Below are positions 48,121 to 64,000 of a stretch of DNA of 64,000 nucleotides, piece by piece. The position numbers and the translations under genes were made by a program. This DNA is from the human T2T-CHM13v2.0 reference genome, Homo sapiens, in the NCBI RefSeq assembly GCF_009914755.1, contig NC_060947.1. One strand, 5' to 3'. The stretch's first letter is position 1. The number at the start of each line of letters is the position of its first letter. A model generated the notes under the pieces. That model had not been told where the DNA came from, did not search any database, and saw nothing but the letters and a program-made list of their open reading frames with translations.

Positions 48121-51100
48121 GAAAAAGGAAATATCTTCACATAAAAACTAGACAGAAGCATTCTGAGAAACTCCTTTGTGATGGGTGCTTTCATCTCACG
48201 GAGTTGAACTTTTCTTTTGAGTGAGCAGTTTGGAAACAGTCTTTTTGGAGATTCTGTAAAGGTATATTTGTGAGCTCATTGAGGTCTATGGTGAGATAGC
48301 ATTTATATTCACAAAAAAACTAGACAGAAACGTTCCGAGAAACTTCTTTGTGATGCATGCATTCATCTCACAGAGATGAACCTTTCTTTTGATTGGGCAG
48401 TTTGGAAGCAGTCTTTTTGTAGAATCTGCAGACGAATATTTTTGAGTGGTTTGAGGCCTGTGGTGAAAAATGTAATAACTTCACATAAAAACTAGACACA
48501 AGCTTTCTGAGAAACTTATTTCTGATGTGTGCATTCATCTCACAGAGGTGAATCTGTCTTTTTTTTGAGCAGTTTGGAAACACTCTTTTTGTAGAATCGG
48601 CAGAAGGATATTTGTGAGCGGTTTGAGGCCTATGGTGAAAAAGGAAATATCTTCACATAAGGACTAGACAGAAGCATTCTGGGAAACTTCTTTTTGATGC
48701 ATGCGTTCATCTGACAGAGTTGAACATTTCTTCTGATTGAGCAGTTTGGAAACAGTCTTTTTGCAGAATCTGCAAATGGATATTTGGAGCTTATTGAGGC
48801 CTATGATGAAAAAGGAAATATCTTCACATAAAAACTGGACAGAAGCTTTCTCAGAAACTTCTTTCTGATGTGCGCATTCATCTCACAGAATTGAACCTTT
48901 CTTTTGATTGAGCAGTTTGGAAACAGTCTTTTTGTAGAATCTGCAGAGGGATATTTGTGAGCAGTGTGAGGCCTATGGTGAAAAAGAAAATATCTTCACA
49001 TAAAAACTAGACAGAAGCATTCTGAGAAACTCCTTTGTGATGGCTGCTTTCATCTCATGGAGTTAAACTTTTCTTTTGAGTGAGCAGTTTGGAAACAGTC
49101 TTTCTTTTTGGAGAATCTGTAAAGGTATATTTGTGAGCCCATTGAGGCCTATGGTGAAATAGCACATACATTTACAAAAAAACTAGACAGAAACGTTCTG
49201 AGAAACTTCTTCATGATGTGTGCATTCATCTCACGGAGATGAACCTTTCTTTTGATTGGGCAGTTTGGAAGCAGTCTTTTTGTAGAATCCGCAGACGAAT
49301 ATTTTCGAGCGGTTTGAGGCCTGTGGTGAAAAAGGTAATAACTTCACATAAAAACTAGACACAAGCTTTCTGAAAAACTTCTTTCTGATATGTGCATTCA
49401 TCTCACAGAGGTGAATCTTTCTTTTGTTTGAGAAGTTTGGAAACAGTCTTTTTGTAGAATCAGCAGAGGGATATTTGTGAGCGGTTTGAGGCCTATGGTG
49501 AAAAAGGAAATATCTTCACATAGGAACTAGACAGAAGCATTCTGGGAAACTTCTTTTTGATGAGTGCGTTCATCTGACAGAGTTGAACCTTTCTTTTGAT
49601 TGAGCAGTTTGGAAACAGTCTTTTTGTAGAATCTGCAAAGGTATATTTGTGAGCCCGTTGAGACCTATGGTGAAATAAGATATATATTCACATAAAAACT
49701 AGACAGAAGCTTTCTGAGAAACTTCTTTGTGATGCATGCATTCATCTCACAGAGTTGAACCTTTCTTTTGATTGAGTAGTTTGGAAACAGTTTTTTTGTA
49801 GAATCTGCAGACGGATATTTTTGAACGGTTTGAGGCCTATGGTGAAAAAGGAAATATCTTCACATAAAAACTCGACAATAATGTTCTGACAAACTTCTTT
49901 GTGATGTATTCATCTCACAGAGTTGAATCATTCTTTTGATTGAGCAGTTTGGAAACAGACTTTTAGTAGTATCTGCGAAAGGATACTTTTTAGCCATTTG
50001 AGGCCCATGGTGAAATAGGAAATATCTTCAAATAAAAACCAGACAGAAGCATTCTGAGAAACTTCATTGTGATGTGTGCATTCATCTCACAGAGTTGAAC
50101 ATTTCTTTTGATTTAGCAGTTTGGTAACAGTCTTTCTGAAGAATCTGCAAAGAGATATTTGTGAGCCCCCTGAGGCCCATGGTGAAATAGGAAATATATC
50201 TTCAAATAAAAACTAGACAGAAGCTTTCTGAGAAACTTCTTTTTGATGTGTGGTTTCATCTCACAGAGTCGAAACTTTCTTTTGATTGAGCAGCTTGCAA
50301 ACAGTCTTTTAGAAGTATCTGCAAAGGGATGTTTTTGAGCCATTTGAGGCCTGTGGTGAGATAGGAAATATTTTCAAATAAAAACTAGACAGAAGCTTAC
50401 TGAGAAACTTCTTTGTGATGTGTGCTTTCATGTCACAGAGCTGAACCATTCTTTTGATTGAGTAGTTTGAGAACAGTGGTTTTGTAGAATGTGCAAATTT
50501 ATATTTAGACTGCTTTGAGACCCATGGTGAAAAATAAAATATCTTCTCATAAAAACTAGACAGAAGTTTTCTTAGAAACTTATTTGTAATGTGTGCTTTC
50601 ATCTCACAGAGCTGACTCTTTTGATTGAGTAGTTTGGAAACTGTCTTTTTGTAGAATCTGCAAATGGATATTTTTAGTGCTTTGAGGCCCATGGTGAAAT
50701 AGGAAATATCTTCTCATAAAAACTAGACAGAATCTTTGTGAGAAAGATCCTTGTGATGTGTGCATTCATCACACAGAGTTGAAAATTTCTTTTGATTGAG
50801 CAGTTTGGAAACAGTATTTTTGTACATTTGGCCGAGGGATATTTGTGAGTGATTTGAGGCCCATGGTGAAAAAGGAAATATCATCATATAAAAATTAGAC
50901 AGAAGCTTTCTGAGAAACTTCTTTGTGATGTGTGCTTTCATCTCACTGTGTTGTACGTTTCTTTTGATTGAGCAGTTTGGAAGCAGTCTTTTAGTAGTAT
51001 CTGCAAAGGTATAATTTTGGGCCATTAGAGGCCTATGGTGAAATAGGAAATATCTTCACATAAAAACTAGACATAAGCTTTCTGAGAAACTTCTTTGTGA

Positions 51101-54100
51101 TGTGTGCTTTCATCTCACAGTTTTGAAAATTTCTTTTGATTGACCAGTTTGAAAAATGTCTTTTTGTAGAATCTGCAAATGGATATTTTGAGTGCATTGA
51201 GGCCTATGGTGAAAAAGGAAATATCTTCACATAAAAACAAAACAGAAGCATTCTGAGAAACTTCTGTGTGATTTGTGCATTCATCTCACAGAATTGAAAC
51301 TTTCTTTTGATTGAGCAGTTTGAGTTTGGAAAAAGTGTTTTTGTAGAAACTGCAAAGGGATATGCCTGAGCCCATTGAGGCCTATGCTGAAATAGGAAAT
51401 ATCTTCACATAAAAAATAGACAGAAGGTTTCTGAGAAAGTTCTTTGTGATGTGTGCTTTCATCTCACAGAGTTGAACCATTGTTTTCATTAAGCAGTTTG
51501 GAAACAGTCTTTTTGTAGAATCAGCAGAGGGATACTTTTGTGCGGTTTGAGGCCTACAGTGAAAAAGGAAACAACTTCACATAAAAACTAGACAGAATCA
51601 TTCTGAGAAAATACTTTGTGATGGGTGCATTCATCTGACAGCGTTGAACCTTTCTTTTGATTGATCAGTTTGGAAACAGTCTTTTTGTAGATTCTGCAAA
51701 GTGATATTTTTGAGCCCTTTGATGTCTATGGTGAAATAAGAAATATCTTCACATAAAAACTAGACAGAAGCATTCTGAGAATCTTCTTTGTGATGGGTGC
51801 ATGCGTCTCACAGAGTGGAACTTTTGTTTTGATTGAGCAGTTTGGAAACAGTCTATATTTTGAATCTGCAAAGATACATTTGTGAGCCAATTGAGGCCAA
51901 TGGTGAAATAGGATATATTTTCACATAAACACTAGAGAGAAGCTTTCTGAGAAACTGCTTTTTGATGCATGCATTCATCTCAGAGTTGAATCTTTCTTTT
52001 GATAATGCTGTTTGGAAACAGTCTTTTTGTAGAATCTGCAGATGGATATTCTTCAATGGTTTGACGACTATGGTGAAAAAGAAAATATCTTCACATAAAA
52101 ACTGGAGAGAAGCGTTCTGAGAAACTTCTTTGTGATGGGTGCATTCATCTCACAGAGTTGAACCTTCCTTTTGATTGAGCAGTTTGGAAACACTCGTTTT
52201 GTAAAATCTGCAAAGGGATATTTGTGAGTCCATTGAGACCTATGGTGAAATAGGAAATATCGTCACATAAAAACTAGACAGAAGCATTCTGAGAAACTCC
52301 TTTGTGATGTCTGCATTCGTCTCACAAAGTTGAACTTTTGATTGAGGAATTTGGAAACAGACTTTAGTAGTGTCTGTGAAGGGATATTTTTGAGCCTTTT
52401 TAGGCCTATGGTGAAATAGGAAATACATTCACATAAAAACTAAACAGAGCTGTCTGAGAAATTTCTTTATGATGGGTGATTTCATCTCACAGATTTGAAC
52501 CTTATTTTTGATTGAACAGTTTGTAAACAGTTTTTATGTAGAAACTGCAAATGGACATTTGGAGCACTTCGAGGCCTATGGTGAAAAAGGAAATATCATC
52601 AAACAAAAACTAGACTGAAACTTTCTGAGAAACTTCTTTGTTATTCGTGCGTTCATCTCCCATAGTTAAAATTTACTTTTGATAGAGCAGTTTGAAAACA
52701 GTCTTTTTGTAGAATCTGCAAATGGATGTTTTGAGGGCTTTGAGGCCTATGGTGAAAAAGGAAATATCTACACATAAAAATTAGACAGAAACTTTCTGAG
52801 AAACTTCTTTGTGATGTGCGCTTTCATCTCAAAGAGTTGAAACTTTCTTCTCGTTGAGCAGTTTGGAACCAGTCTTTTTGTAGAATTGGCAGAGGGATAT
52901 TTCTGAGCGGTTTGAGGCCTACGGTGAAAAAGGAAATATCTTCACATAAAAACTAGGCAGAAGCATTCTGCGAAATTTCTTGGTGATGTGTGCATTCATC
53001 TGACAGAGTTTAACCTTTCTTTTGATTGAGCAGTTTGGAAACAGTCTTTTAGTAGTATCTACCAAGGGATATTTTTGAGCCATTTGAGGCTGATGCTGAA
53101 ATAGGAAATATCTTCACATAAAAACTAGACAGAAGCTTTCTGAGAAACTTCTTTGTGATGTGTGCCTTCTTCTCGCAGATTTGAACGTTTCTTTTTATTG
53201 AGCAGTTTGGAAACTGTGTTTTTGTAGAATCTGAAAAGGGATATTTGGAGCGCTTTGAGGCCTATGGTGAAAAAGGAAATATCTTCACATAAAAACTAGA
53301 CAGAAGCATTCTGAGAAACTTCATTGTGATGTGTGCATTCATCTCACAGAATTGAACCTTTCTTTTGAGTGAGCAGTTTGGAAACATTCCTTTTGTAGAA
53401 TCTGCAATGTGATATTTGTGAGCGGTTTGAGGCCTATGGTGAAAAAGGAAATATCTTCACATGAAAACTAGACAGAGGCATTGTGAGAAACTTCTCTGTG
53501 ATGCATGCATTCATCTCACAGAGTTGAAACTTTCTTTTGATTGGGCAGGTTGGAAACAGTCCTTTTGTAGAATTTACAAAAGGTTATTTGTGAGGCCTAT
53601 GGTGAAACAGGAAATATCTTCACATGAAAACCAGAGAGAAGCTTTCTGAGAAACCACTTAGTGATGAGTGCCTTCATCTCACAGAGTTGAACCTTTCTTT
53701 TGATTGAGCAGTTTGGAAATAGTGTTCTTGTAGAATCTGAAAATGGATATTTGGAGCTCTTCGAGGCCTATGGTGAAAAAGGAAGTATCTTCACATAAAA
53801 ACTAGATAGAAGCTTTCTCAGAAATTTCTTTCTGATGTGTGCATTCATCTCACAGAATTGAACCTTTCTTTTGATTGAGCAGTTTGGAAACAGTCTTTTT
53901 GTAAAATCTGCAGAGGGACATTTGTGAGCGATTTCAGGCCTATGGTGAAAAAGGAAATATCTTCATATGAAAAATAGACAGAAGCATTCTGAGAAACTTC
54001 TTTGTGATGTGTGATTTCATCTCACAGAATTGAACCTTTCTTTTGATTGAGCAGTTTTGAAACAGCCTTTTTGTAGAAACTGCAAAGGGATATTCCTGAG

Positions 54101-56620
54101 CCCTTTGATTCCTATGGTAAAAAAGGAAATATCTTCACATAAAAACAAGACAGAATGTTTCTGAGAGACTTCTTTGTGACGTGTGCTTTCATCTCACAGA
54201 ATTGAACCTTTGTTTTCATTGAGCAGTTTGGAAATAGTCTTTTTGGAGAATCTGCAAAGGGATATTTTTGAGCCTTTTTAGGCCTATGGTGAAATAGGAA
54301 ATACCTTCACATAAAAATTAGACAGATGCGTTCTGAGAAACTTCTTTGTGATGGGTGCCTGCAACCAGAGAGTTGAACATTTCTTTTGATTGAGCAGTTT
54401 GGAAACAGTCTGTTTGTAGAATCTGCAAAGGTATATTTCTTAACCCATTGATTCCTATGGTGAAATAGGAAACATCTTCACATAAAAACTAGACAGAAGC
54501 TTTCTGAGAAAATTCTTTGTGATGTGTGCATTCATCTCACACAGTTGAAACTTTCCTTTGATTGAGCAGTTTGTAAACGGTCTTTTTGTAGAATCTGCAA
54601 AGGGATATTTGACAGCGCTTTGAGGCCTATGTTGAAAAAGGAAATATCTTCGTATAAAAACTAGACAGAAACTTTCTGAGAAACTTCATTGTGATGTGTG
54701 CATTCATCTCACAGAGTTGAACCCTGCTTTTGATTGATCAGTTTGGAAACAGTCTTTTTCTAGAATCTGCAAAGGGGTATTTCTGAGCGGTTGGAGGCCT
54801 ATGGTGATAAAGGAAATATCTTCATATAAAAAAATAGACAAAGCTTTCTGAGCAACTTCTTTCTGATGTGTGCATTCATCTCGCAGAGGTGAAACTTTCC
54901 TTTGATTGAGCAGTTTGGAAACAGTGTTTTTGCAGAATCTGCAAAGGGATATTTCGGAGCTCTTTGAGGCTTATGGTGTAAAAGGAGATACCTTCACATA
55001 AAAACTAGACAGAGGCTTTCTCTGAAACTTCCTTGTGATGTGTGCATTCATCTCACAGAGTTGAAATTTCTTTTGATTGAAAGGTTTGGAAGCAGTGTTT
55101 TCGTAGAATCTGCACAGGGATGTTTCTGAGCAGCTTGAGTCCTATAGTGTAAAAGAAAATATATTCCTGTAAAAACTAGACAGAAGCATTCTGAGAAACT
55201 TCTTTGTCATGTGTGCATTTATCTCACAGAGTTGAACTTTTCTTTTGATTGAGCAGTTTGGAAACCGTCTTTTTCTAGAATCTGCAAATGGATATTTCTG
55301 AGTGGTTTGAGGCCCCTGGTGAAAAAGGAAACATCTTCATATAAAAACTAAACAGAAACTTTTTGAGAAACTTCTTTGCGTTGTGTGCATTCATCTCACA
55401 GAGTGGAAACTTTCTTTTGATTGAGCAGTTTGGAAACAGTCTTTTTCTAGAATCTGCAAATGGATATTTCCGAGTGCTTTGAAGCCTATAGTGAAAATGG
55501 AAATATCTTCATATAAAAACTACACAGAAATTTTCTGAGAAACTTCTTTCTGCTGCAGGCATTCATCTCACAGAGTGGAAACTTCCTTTTGATTGAGCAG
55601 TTTGGAAACAGTCTTTTTCTAGAATCTGCAAAGGGATATTTCTGAGCTTTTTGAGGCCTATGGTGAAAAAGGAAATATGTTCACCTAAAAAGTAGACAGA
55701 AGATTACTGAGAAACTTCTTTGTAATGTGTGCATTTTTATCATAGAGCTAAACCTTTCTTTTCATTGAGCATTTAGGAAACAGTCTTTTTGTGGAACCTG
55801 CAAAGGGATATTTGAGTGCCATTTGAGGCCTATGATGAAAAAGGAAATATCTTCACATAACAACTAGACAGAAGCTTTCTGGGAAACTTCTTTGTGATGT
55901 GTGCATTCATCTCATGGAGTTCAAACTTACTTTCCTTTGATTGAGCAGTTTGGAGACAGTCTTTCTGTAGAATCTGCAAAGGGATATTTGGGAGTCCTTT
56001 GAGGCCTATGGTGAAAAATGAAATATCTTCACATAAAAACTAGACAGAAGCTTTCTGAGAAATTTCTTTGTGATGCATGCATTTATTGCACAGTTTTGAA
56101 ACTTTCTTTTGATTGAGCAGTTTGGAAACAGTCTTTTCGTAGAATCTGCAAAGGGATATTTGGGAGCCCTTCGAGGCCTATGGTGAAAACGGAAATATCT
56201 TCACATAAAAACTAGACAGAAGCTTTCTTAGGAACTTCTTTTTGATGTGTGCATTCATCTAACAGAGGTGAATTTTTCTTTTGATTGAGCAGTTTGGAAA
56301 CAGTCTTTTTCTATAATCTGCAAGGGGATTTTTCTGAACATTGTGAGGCATACGGTGAATAAGGAAACATGTTCAAATAAATACTAGGCAGAATCACTCT
56401 GAGAAACTTCTTTGTGATGTGTGCATTCAACTAACAGAGTCGAAATTTTCTTTTGAATGAGCAGTTTGGAAACAATATTTTTGTAGAGTCTGCCAAGGGA
56501 TATTTGGGATCCCTTCTAGGCCAATGGTGAAAAAGGAAATATCTTCACATAAAAACTAGACAGAAGCATTCTGAGAAACTTCTTTGTGATGTGCGCATTC
56601 ATCACACAATTTGAACATTT
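48121..56620 (+). repeat. Monomeric alpha satellite, plus orientation
   Basis: Same consensus; the GGTGAAATAGGAAATAT variant is frequent. Confidence 0.96.

Positions 56621-64000
<7,380 letters not shown>

Overview
This window is primate pericentromeric DNA, almost certainly human because it contains a human-specific pre-Ta L1HS. About 89% is diverged, non-HOR alpha satellite (~172-bp monomers, pJalpha-type A-box, no CENP-B box seen). It divides into a dimeric block (1-~22.9 kb, minus orientation) and a monomeric block (rest of window), with three orientation switches (~23.7-24.6 kb, ~38.75 kb, ~43.46 kb). Interrupting it are one ~897-bp ERVK-type solo LTR (MER11D-like) sitting exactly at an orientation switch without a TSD, and four 5'-truncated L1s: two twin-primed 5'-inverted copies, two with probable 3' transductions, and two stacked back-to-back in the same target site. 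There are no host genes: the ORF-track entries are satellite noise or L1 ORF2 remnants. I found no support for a novel protein-coding system. The most interesting signals are structural: a 4.7-kb inverted segment whose two ends are inverted copies of the opposite flanks, the LTR-bounded inversion, the stacked L1 pair, the young transducing pre-Ta L1, and relic multi-monomer duplications. All alignments were made by eye.
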